A stretch of 64,000 bases of DNA from Azolla caroliniana. Taxonomy: Eukaryota > Plantae > Polypodiophyta. This document shows, piece after piece, positions 13,001 to 22,693 of this stretch. A model generated the notes under the pieces. That model saw nothing but the letters and a program-made list of their open reading frames with translations, made no database searches and had not been told where the DNA came from. How positions within the stretch are numbered: the stretch's first letter is position 1; the number at the start of each line of letters is the position of its first letter. The translations under genes were made by a program, and so were the position numbers. The DNA is taken from NCBI GenBank assembly GCA_043228905.1, contig JBHGNT010000006.1, positions 7,936,001 through 8,000,000 on the forward strand. Direction: 5' to 3'.

Positions 13001-14028
13001 TCCAACATTGTTTTAAGTTACATTGGCAGTGGTTATTAGCTCAACGTTTGGAGCTTACTCAACATTGGGTCTGGTCTGACGGAGCTGCGTCACAATTCAA
13101 GGCTCGACGTCCATTTTATTTTGTGGGGAGGTATCCTGCTATAACAGGTTTGGAGATGAGATGGAATTTTTTTGGGTCTGGCCATGGTAAAGGTGAACAT
13201 GACGGTGCAGGGGTTGTTATAAAGCAGGCACTTACCCATGAACAACTAAAGACAGATGGTGTGCACATGAATTGTGCATCACATGTAGTTGAATTTTTAA
13301 GAACAAATATGTCAACGAGTGCCACAGGTGTTTATTCCTCGCAAGTTCGAGATATCAAACGTGAATTTTGGGAAGTGAAGATAGATGAAGTAAATAGGGA
13401 GAAGACCTGGGAGTGCCAAGGAATTCCCGAATTGCGATCTCTGCATGCTGTTCGTGGTTATTCCAGGTTGGATGGTCATTGTATTGCGGTTAGAGAATTG
13501 ACTTGTTTTTGCTTCCATTGTGTGCAGGGAAATTGGAGATATTGTCTAAACAAAGCATACATTCAGAATTGGGAGTATCACACTCTGAATGATAAGGAAG
13601 CAGTTGATGGAGAAACAGGGCAGAATGCTGACTTCACATATGAGGGACTTGGAGATACTTTGAGTGATGTCCTGAACGTTGGGGATAACTTCGCTGTAAA
13701 TGCTGAAGAAGGCAATTCAGAGGGTGCTGATTTCTATATATTAAAGTGCACGGTTAGTAAACAGTGTGCAAGGCAGAATATTGTAGATGCATGGGGAAAT
13801 TTTGTATCTGCCGGGACATTCTACATCGAAGGCATTTTTTATGCAAAACTAGATGACTACGAATATGTGTACAGGCTGTTAGAAGACAAACCAGCGGCGT
13901 ATATGTACTCTCATTTGGTCAGATGCATCAACGTCCCAATGTCAGAATACAATAGCTGCTCCGGTTTATACACTGTTGGTGCTAATGTGTATGAATGTAT
14001 TTACAATAGTATGCCATGGAATTTGTAG
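10064..14028 (+). CDS. Sola2-like DDD transposase, two exons (10064-10813, 12187-14028), about 863 aa
   Basis: Donor CAG|GTATTT at 10813/4 and acceptor ACGCAG|GTC at 12186/7 join in frame (HLLDVPQ-VDLFIRFKRMHP). Motifs DFAENY..EIQSMHW, ISDDKKHD, WSDGAASQFK and FFGSGHGKGEHDGAG, plus Cys/His clusters; no stops. Confidence 0.85.
10860..12170. repeat. Palindromic minisatellite (TAGCTAATTAGCTA + 5-6-nt linker) filling the transposase intron
   Basis: Dozens of about 19-20-bp units with CCATGA or CTAGGA/CTAGAC-type linkers, inside intron 10814-12186. Confidence 0.97.
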
Positions 14029-14375
14029 CTACAAGTAGCACTTACCATGTTCTCTTGTAAAACAAACATGTATTTCGCGAAAACAGTTAAATAAATTCGT
14101 TTGGAATCAATTTCTTGTATACAGTCTGCTTTCTGTGCTTCTTTCTCAATAAAATCATGTCTTTTTTGTTAAGTTTTAAGTTATAAGTTATAGCGAAATA
14201 GTCATCAGTAGCTAATTAGCTGTACAAATGCAGCTAATTAGCTGTCAATAGCTAAATAGTCATCAATAGAATGAAATCAACAATCTGCAACATATTCCTC
14301 AAATTACACAGTAGATAAGTACAGTGGGAACAAGTAATTAAATTCTTCATTGAATAATGTCATCTCTTTACATAT

Positions 14376-15430
14376 TTATAAATTACCATTGGAAATGTCT
14401 ACAAATCTCCTATAAACAGCTAAGCTCTTGCTAGTCAGTGGAACGAGTCTACATATATTATCCGCATATTGAGCTCGGTATGGAGTCCACAACCATGCAC
14501 CTAGTTGGCAGCTCACTGTTTGCACCAGGTACTGTTCAGGCATTTCCTCGGGTAGAATGAGACAACATCTCCGAATATTGAAGTAGTGTCGGAAATGTTC
14601 TGTATCCAAAATCAATGTATTGTCGGCATTATATTCAGGCCAAGTAGCCCAAAAATCAGAAAGTCTCTTGAATCTTGCAGCTTCCATTTGCTCACAATTT
14701 TCTCGTGCCCATTGACCTTTAAAACGACTTCGCCATTTTGGGAAGAATCTTGCCAAACACTTCCACACATCTGATTTTGGTTTTTCACTCCAAATAAACA
14801 AATCAAAGTATTCCACAGCCCACTCTAGAAACTGATTTGCGTCCCTCCTTGGCTGCATATATCTCACACTCATCAAGACTTTATCAAGCTCCAAGATCAA
14901 GGCTCTTCTTTCGACTTCTAGTGGTTTAGGTTTCCATTCCTGAAACTGAGTCGCTGTTACACCATTTTCTGGTAGGATACGATCAATCTCAATCAGCTCA
15001 GGTTCGGCTGACACAACTGGTGTCCTTTTCCTCTTTAAACCCCTAGTCGACTGTGTTGGGCCTAGCTTCACATTCTGGTGCTCTTGTTTTGTCGACTTAG
15101 TTATCAATCCTTGGATTACCTCAGTGCATGTAGCTACTGTTCTGCTCGATATCAGTCCACTGGTATCACATGCTGCATCTACCTGCAACACCAAGTCATC
15201 CGTGCTACATGCTGCATCTACCTGCAACACCAAGTCATCCGTGCTACATGTTGCATCTACCTGCAACACCAAGTCATCCGTGCTACATGCTTGATCAACT
15301 TGTGTGACCAGATCACTTGTGTCAGTTGCTACATCTACTTTCAAGATGGGGCCCTTTAAACATGCCGCAACATCAACAGTATCCACACTGCCATTGGCCT
15401 TACGAGCAATAGAATCAAACCCTTTAGACT
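14376..15430 (-). CDS. Exon encoding a degenerate FCP1/NIF (HAD-family CTD phosphatase-like) domain; candidate alternative last exon of the accessory gene
   Basis: ALILELDKVLM..RRDANQFLEWAVEYFDLFIWS..WARENC..FKRLSDFW..YNADNTLILDT follows FCP1/SCP motif order, but DxDxT reads ELDKV; acceptor TTGCAG|AG at 15431/0 is phase 1. Confidence 0.7.
15165..15335 (-). repeat. 39-bp coding tandem repeat (13 aa, CSTDDLVLQVDAA-like)
   Basis: Visible in DNA (CTACCTGCAACACCAAGTCATCCGTGCTACATG x3) and in the ORF 14376..15509 translation. Confidence 0.9.
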
Positions 15431-15679
15431 CTGCAACATCAGAAAACACCAACATATTCACACTCACAAAGTAACTAATAGTCTCACAAAACAATATCCT
15501 GAACATCAAAGAGTTTCAGTCATAGAACAACACTCTTCAAATTATCTTGGAAAAACATCATAGAGTTCCATTACATAATGTGGATCAAGCAACAACCAAT
15601 CTGAGGTTTTACTTGTCCAACAGGATAGTAAAACTTCATAAAACCCTAGCAAAATCCCTAAGCTAACAATCATATCCAA

Positions 15680-18600
15680 CTAAACAGTATTTCGCTCCAC
15701 TACGTCTGGGCCCCTTGGCCGAGTAACTGGTCTTGTTCCCAATCGTGGCCCCTTCTTCAGCCTTTTTCTGGTTGGTTCCCCATTTAGCCTTGCTTCTAGG
15801 ACCCAATGCGCAAGTGTGTCCTCCTCCGACAACCTTCCCATTGCCTCATCAGCTAATTGCACATCAGCCGTTTCTTGAACTAGCTTTTCAAGTACAGAGG
15901 GATCTGTTTGGACATTTTCAGTAGTTGGGCTCGGTGGGGTGGAATCAAGGTCTTGAGACTCGAAGAAATGTTGCATCAAGTGTTCATAAACACTGTTGTT
16001 GTGAACCTCAGTTTTACATGTTGTTTCCAATATTTCATGGCATTTCACATCGTTGCCTAATTCAGTACACTTTTCCAAAAGAATAGGGTGCAGCTGATCT
16101 GAAGGAGATGTGATAGCAGGACTCTTACTTTCAGCCACATTGGCAGTAGTATCCTCATCTGTTGCAGCATCATCAGCACCAGACACATCATGTGCCGTCC
16201 TTAATCCACAAGATTCTACAATAACATGACAGTTATTTAGGATAGCTAATTAGCTACTTTACTAAACTATGGTAGAAGCTAGGATAGCTAATTAGCTAGT
16301 ACGATAGCTAATTAGCTAGTATGATAGCTAATTAGGTACTTTACTCAACTATGGTAGTAGTTAGGATAGCTAATTAGCTACTTTACTCAACTATGGTAGT
16401 AGCTAGGATAGCTAATTAGCTACTTTACTCAACTATGGTAGTAGCTAGGATAGCTAATTAGCTACTTTACTAACTATGGTAATAGCTAGGATAGCTAATT
16501 AGCTACAATGAAAGCTAATTAGCTACTTTCTGAACTATGTAGTAGCTAGGATAGCTTATTAGCTACTAGGACAGCTAATTAGCTGCCAGTAGCTAATTAG
16601 CTACTAGGATAGCTAATTAGCTGCCAGTAGCTAATTAGCTACTAGGATAGCTTATTAGCTACTTTACACAACTATGGCAGTAGCTACTAGGATAGCTAAT
16701 TCGCTAGGATAGCTAATTCGCTAGTAGGATAGCTAATTAGTTGCCAGCAGCTAATTAGCTAGTAGGATAGCTAATTAGCTACTAGGATAGCTAATTAGTT
16801 GCCAGTAGCTAATTAGCTAGTAGGATAGCTAATTAGGTACTTTACTCAACTATGGTAGTAGCTAATTAGCTAGTAGGAACCCTAATTAGCTACTAGGATA
16901 GCTAATTAGCTGCTAGTAGCTAATTAGCTACTAGGATAGCTTATTAGCTACTTTACACAACTATGGCAGTAGCTAATTAGTTACTAGGATAGCTTATTAG
17001 CTACTTTACACAACTATGGCAGTAGCTAATTAGTTACTAGGATAGCTTATTAGCTACTTTACACAACTATGGCAGTAGCTAATTAGTTACTAGGATAGCT
17101 AATTAGTTGCCAGTGGCTAATTAGCTAGTAGGATACCTAATTAGCTTTTTTACACAACTATAGTACTAGCTAATTAGCTAGTACCATAGCTAATTACCTA
17201 CTAGGATAGCTAATTAGCTAGTAGGATAGCTTATTAGCTACTTTACACAACTATAGTAGTAGCTAGGATAGCTAATTAGCTACTATGGTAGCTAATTAGC
17301 TACTTTACTCAACTATGGTAGTAGCTAGGATAGCTAATTAGCTACTTTACTCAACTATGGTAGTAGCTAGGATAGCTAATTAGCTACTTTACTAACTATG
17401 GTAGTAGCTAGGATAGCTAATTAGCTACTTTACTAACTATGGTGGTAGCTAGGATAGCTAATTAGCTACAATGAAAGCTAATTAGCTACTTTCTGAACTA
17501 TGTAGTAGCTAGGATAGCTTATTAGCTACTAGGACAGCTAATTAGCTGCCAGTAGCTAATTAGCTACTAGGATAGCTTATTAGCTACTTTACACAACTAT
17601 GTCAGTAGCTAATTAGCTACTATGATAGCTAATTAGCTAGTAGGATAGCTAATTAGTTGCCAGTAGCTAATTAGCTACTAGGATAGCTAATTCGCTAGTA
17701 GGATAGCTAATTAGTTGCCAGTAGCTAATTAGCTAGTAGGATAGCTAATTAGTTGCCAGTAGCTAATTAGCTACTAGGATAGCTTATTAGCTACTTTACA
17801 CAACTATGGCAGTAGCTAATTAGTTACTAGGATAGCTTATTAGCTACTTTACACAACTATGGCAGTAGCTAATTAGTTACTAGGATAGCTAATTAGTTGC
17901 CAGTGGCTAATTAGCTAGTAGGATACCTAATTAGCTTTTTTACACAACTATGGTACTAGCTAATTAGCTAGTACCATAGCTAATTAGCTACTAGGATAGC
18001 TAATTAGCTAGTAGCTCATTAGCTGCCAGTAGCTAATTAGCTAGAGTAGGATAGCTAATTAGAAAAGACTAAGCTTATTAGCTACAGTATGGTATACCTG
18101 TTAGTTTTCTCCACTCATTTGGTAGAGTTGTACTGCAATCTCCCAAACAGAATGCAGCAATTCGACAGGCATGTTGAAAACAAAGCAGATGGTATGTGTG
18201 GTTGCATGGTTGTAGGTGAACCAACAAAGACGCAGTTTTGTCCTCCACACCTAACCCGCAAGCGATGCAACGTGCTTGAACTGTCAATAAATCATTTTCT
18301 GGTTCTACTTCATTTGGTAAGGGAGCAAGAATGTTCAGGTCCAAATCCTGTCTGGTCCTTACCATTCCCTCCACAAAATGTAGCTTCTTCTTAAGGCAGC
18401 TAACTACCTGTTCTTGATGAATGTATTGTTCCTTCAACGCAACAGAGAAATTTACCGATTAATTATTCTTGTTGTTGAAAGATACACCAACTTTGCTCAG
18501 GAATCGTTAACTTACTTGAAGCTTATCCAAATTGTAATCTGCAACAGTATTTACACCTAGAAGGTCCAGGTTCATTGAAAGAACCTGGATCTCTATTTGC

Positions 18601-20073
18601 AGTTCTATTTTACGCTGGGGATCCAGTGGCCCCTCTAATTCAAGCTCCTGTTGCGCAACCTATTCCAGATAATGCTTGATTAGCACATTTTACCCGTTAT
18701 TTATAACACAATCACATACCAGCAAAACAATAGTTACCTGAATCTTATTTCTAATTGTTGTAACAGCAGAAGTAACTTTGCTCTCCATTGCAGAAGCCAT
18801 TGTGGCTTTCTCTAAATCAGTCTTAAAAAATGCCAATGTCTCACAGGCTTCATGGACATTTTTTAGCATATAGCTAACCAATGTCTCACCTGTATCATCG
18901 ACATTGGCTTTCCTTGGGTGTCGGTGTGGTGTATGCCCCCGGTCTTGCTGGGAGTCGGCAGTTGCATCAACAGCTACCATGCTCCAAAATCTGTCTATTT
19001 TTTGTGCCAAGGTCCCCATCTTTCGACATCTTTTTACCGATGCCTCACCATAGACTGCCCAAGCTACCCTATACATTTCAGGGTCTCTAGATTCCTTTGC
19101 TGTTTTGCAGTACTCATATGCAAATGCTCTAGCAAATGAAACTGACAACTCATTGTTGACTGGGATCTCCTGATGAACTTTCTGGTGCAGTCTCATGCAG
19201 TCATCGTACAAGTCGGCTCGTACATGCTTCAGCTTGACCTTGCCTTTGACTCTAGGCACTGTATATACTGTCATCCAGTCTATATCACTGATCAATTTAT
19301 CACTTAGGACAGCAGGGTCAACACCCTCGAGTGACAGACCATAGGTGTTGTGGAAGTCCTCCTTTGTCTCGCAAAATTTTGCGAAGTTTAGCACTCTCGT
19401 ATACGGAGGAACGAGCCATCTGAAATATCATTTCAGAAATCAGAAATAGTGCAAAATCAGAATATGTGAGAATCAAAAACCCCAATCAACAACAACAAAA
19501 ATGGTGCAAAATCTTTAACTTAGCAAATCAGAAACCCTAATCATAATTTGTATTTAGAAATTTGAAATCAGAAACCCTAATCAAAATCTGTAATCAGAAG
19601 TTTGAAATCAGAAACCCTAATCAAAATCTGTAATCAGAAGTTTGTAACCAGAAACCTTATTCAGAAATTCTAATCAGAAATTTATAATCAAAAACCCTAA
19701 TCAGAAATTTCAATCAGAAACCCTAATAAAAAATTTCAATCACAAACCCTAATCAGAAATCCTAAGCAGAAATTTATAAACAAAAACCCTATTCAGAAAT
19801 TCTAATTTGTAATCAAAATTTGTAACCAGAAACCCTATTCAAAAATTCTAATCAGAAATTTATAATCAAAAACCCTAATCAGAAATTTCAATCACAAACC
19901 CTAATCAAAATTTTCAATCACAAACCCTAATCAGAAATTCTAATAAGAAATTTATAAACAAAAACCCTAATCAGAAATTTCAATCAGAAACCCCAATCAT
20001 CACTAAAGACAGGATTAAACACAAAAAAAGTAATATAAACACACCTGTTGCTACTCCCCGATTTGCGAGACAT
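15680..20073 (-). CDS. Transposon accessory gene, 5 coding exons (20073-20045, 19419-18738, 18659-18516, 18431-18098, 16215-15680), about 574 aa: unknown N-domain, coiled-coil-like region, RING-H2-like finger, acidic tail with basic end
   Basis: All four introns are GT..AG and phase-compatible, giving an open 1725-nt frame starting MSRKSGSSNRWLVPPYTRVLNF; finger CIAC..PCNHTYHLLC..FCLGDC; NLS-like PTRKRLKK. Confidence 0.75.
16240..18062. repeat. Second TAGCTAATTAGCTA palindromic array, in intron 4 (16216-18097) of the accessory gene
   Basis: Same 14-bp palindrome with longer linkers (CTTTACWCAACTATGG.., GCCAG, CTAGGA) and higher-order block duplications. Confidence 0.97.
19520..20000. repeat. 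Telobox-containing minisatellite (AAACCCTAATCAGAAATTT..) in intron 1 of the accessory gene
   Basis: More than ten AAACCCTA(A) cores separated by ATCAGAAATT-type linkers. Confidence 0.9.
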
Positions 20074-20552
20074 CCTTGTATGGGACTCCAAGGACTTCGC
20101 CCTATTCGATTTTGGGGAAATATGAATCGGCACCAAAGTTCAGACAGTAGTCAAAAAGAAAAAACAAATGTTTGGGGTTTCTGTAACTGAAACATACCTG
20201 GACGATGATCGAGCGGGTTCTGTGTTGTAGCTCTCAATCTGCAATGTCGATTTTTTGCTGTTGCGGGAGCTACGTCTGCGTTCGTGCTCTGAGTACTCCA
20301 TCTGCGTTCAAAATCAGACTTAGGCTAAACAGGAAATTGATGACATTGAAGTTGACCTTAGATGATGGTGATATTCCCCAAGTTCCACTACGTCTGAAAC
20401 AGAAGTTCAAATATTTGAGTTTTTTCATAAATTAGTTTTTCAAATATTTGATTTTCCCACAAAAAAGACTAGCTAAACAAATAGCTAATTAGCTATGGCC
20501 ATTTTAGTAGCTAATTAGCTATAATAGTGTTTCCACTCGCATGCTTTTACCC

Positions 20553-21777
20553 AGAACCATAGACCATTTTACGCACCTGCAACTGTGCCTGGAACGTTCC
20601 CGCACTGCACGCTTAAGCCTGAATCCCGCGAAATGTGCTTTTGGCGTGGCCAGTGGGACTCTCCTGGGCCATATAGTCAGTAAAGAGGGAATAACGGTTG
20701 ATTCGATCAAGATCTCCGCGATTACGCAAGCCAAAACTCCGACAAACCCGAAATCACTCGGCCAGTTTTTAGGACAAATACGGTGGCATAGTCGGATGAT
20801 ACGATATTTGGCGGACTTCGCCACGCCGTTATATGCTGTTGTACATCGGACTCACTTCCAATGGACAACAACGGAGGACAAGGCCTATGAGGCACTTAAG
20901 ATAATGCTCACGTAGGCTCCCATCGTACAACCACCAGTTTGGGCGAAGCCATTCCACGTGTTCGTCGACGCCTCGGACATAGCAATAGGAAGTGCACTAA
21001 TGCAGCTCTCCGAACCAAACTGGTACCGGCTAGTCGCAAATTATCAACAACAGAGCGTAACTATTCCACAACGGAGCGGGAGGCATTAGGGATGATCTAT
21101 AACAACAATAAATTCCGGCATTATTTACTAGGGAGGAAATTCACGTTCCACGTGGATCATTTGGCGCTGTTGTATTTGGTGAAGAAACAAGCCCTGACAG
21201 GAAAATTGGCGCGATGGATGCTGCTGCTCCAAGAATTCGATTTCGTAATCCAGCACCGACCAGGGACGCAACACGCAGTGGCAGATTTTTTGAGCAGACT
21301 CGAGAATGGAGAAACAATGCAGAAAGATGACGACGATTTTTCGGACGCCGACATCTTGCGGGTTGCAGCACTAGTAGAAAGAACGGAATCGACCTTTCCG
21401 GACAGGTGGCTTATGGAAATGACATACTTTTTGACTACGGGACTGCCTCCACCACAATTACGCACGGACGAGAAGAAAAGACTAGCTGTCCGAAGCCGTA
21501 ATTTCTGCCTCGTAGAAGGAGTTTTATATCACAAAGGCAGTGACGGCATTTGGCGACGTGGGGTACGTCAGGATGAGAAAGAAGCAGTTCTACGGGAGGC
21601 GCACTGCGGCACGACAAGCAACCATTATGCGGACGACGTTACAACCCGGAAGATATGGCAGGCGGGCTTATGGTGGCCAACAACGCAGAAGGACACATCC
21701 GAATATTGTAGAAAGTGTGATTTGTGTCAACGGATGGGCCAGCCCACGGAGGGCGCAAGGATGCCACACCAGCCCGT
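20553..21777 (+). pseudogene. G1 RT C-terminus, RNase H and integrase zinc finger
   Basis: LSLNPAKCAFG, ERNYSTTEREALG, QHAVADFLSRL, H..H..CRKCDLC; contains stops and a frameshift. Confidence 0.92.
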
Positions 21778-21834
21778 TGTCGTGAAGAATGTGCTTCACG
21801 ATATAAAAATGAGCTTAAATGTTGTATTTAATAA

Positions 21835-22040
21835 TATTTGAGAGACTTGAACCCACATCCTTATATACGATGTACAATGTACATACCACTAGGCTAGGCT
21901 ATTTATTTGTAAAAGTGTGTAATAAATGTGCTTCATGATATAAGAATGAAGCTATATATTGTATTAAGTAAAATTGAGGGACTTGAACCCTCAACCTTGT
22001 ATATCAAGCACAAACCATACACCACTAAGCTAGGTTATTT
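21835..22040 (-). promoter_or_regulatory. Two antisense tRNA-like A-box/B-box modules in G2 LTR (about 136-bp duplication)
   Basis: Minus strand TAGCCTAGTGG..GGTTCAAGTCT (21896-21843) and TAGCTTAGTGG..GGTTCAAGTCC (22032-21979) at tRNA-like spacing; repeated in the 3' LTR. Confidence 0.65.
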
Positions 22041-22282
22041 GTTTTAGGGTTATATCCATCATTATACTTATCCCAATACATGGGAGCTCAAATGAGCATG
22101 ATGGCTATCATGCATCACATGCAATGCATGTGCGCCAAATGGCGATCATGCATCAGATGTAACTCATGCATTACATGCATGACATTACCATATGCATGGA
22201 AATACTTATAAAAAGAGAGGAAAGGAAAACAAAAGGGAATCAAGGAATCAAGAGAGAGTGAAAAAATAATACAATCAATTGA

Positions 22283-22355
22283 AGAAGACTAGCTCATTGG
22301 GTGGAGAACCTCTCGTTTCGAAGTTGAGGTCGTGAGTTCGAATCAAGGGTCGGTA
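22283..22355 (+). promoter_or_regulatory. Sense tRNA-like A-box/B-box module in G2 LTR, downstream of the TATA box
   Basis: TAGCTCATTGG (22290-22300) and GTTCGAATC (22336-22344); TATAAAA at 22207. Confidence 0.65.
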
Positions 22356-22693
22356 GAGAAAGGGTTCATCTTGCTACCAAACATTGTAAAGTTGGTAAAA
22401 TCTTGTATTCGTAATACATATCATATACTTTTTTTGTCTTAAATCATACTTTGTCTCTATCTTGCGTCTTGAATCATACATTGCCTCTATCTTTTATCTA
22501 TACTAGTCTCTCTCTCACACATATTACTTTAAACTATTATTCTTCATATCCTTTATCTTCCTAACATTTGCGCGCAAGCCTTATAAAAGTTCCTTCAACT
22601 CCCCTTAACCTTAGTCCCTGCGACTTCGCCGCACGAACCACAACTACCCCGACACATTTGGTGAACCCGACGTGAAGGCGGTGACGAGGAGAA

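Larger units (their letters stand above)
8725..20552 (+). mobile_element. 11.8-kb TIR DNA transposon, Sola2-like, with accessory gene
   Basis: TIRs GGGTGAAAGCATGCGAGTGGAAACA (8725-8749) and TGTTTCCACTCGCATGCTTTTACCC (20528-20552), 24/25 match; 4-bp TSD AGAA (8721-8724, 20553-20556). Removing it restores the RT frame DDFAVYGR-TIDHFTHLQLCLER. GRG termini, a 4-bp TSD and the transposase motifs fit Sola2; the superfamily call is less certain than the element boundaries. Confidence 0.9.

Noticed and set aside
14376-15509. Host CTD-phosphatase gene
   Set aside because: It lies between the transposon TIRs, lacks the catalytic DxDxT motif, and the ORF's first 26 codons look intronic.
19520-20000. 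True or interstitial telomere
   Set aside because: AAACCCT cores are not contiguous; they are embedded in longer units inside an intron.
8725-20552. CACTA, hAT, Mutator or PIF/Harbinger assignment
   Set aside because: The GGG termini and 4-bp TSD do not fit their 2-3, 8, 9-11 or 3-bp TSDs, and the transposase motifs differ.
21835-22355. Functional tRNA genes
   Set aside because: A/B boxes and T-arms are present, but I could not build convincing acceptor and D stems; reported only as tRNA-like modules.
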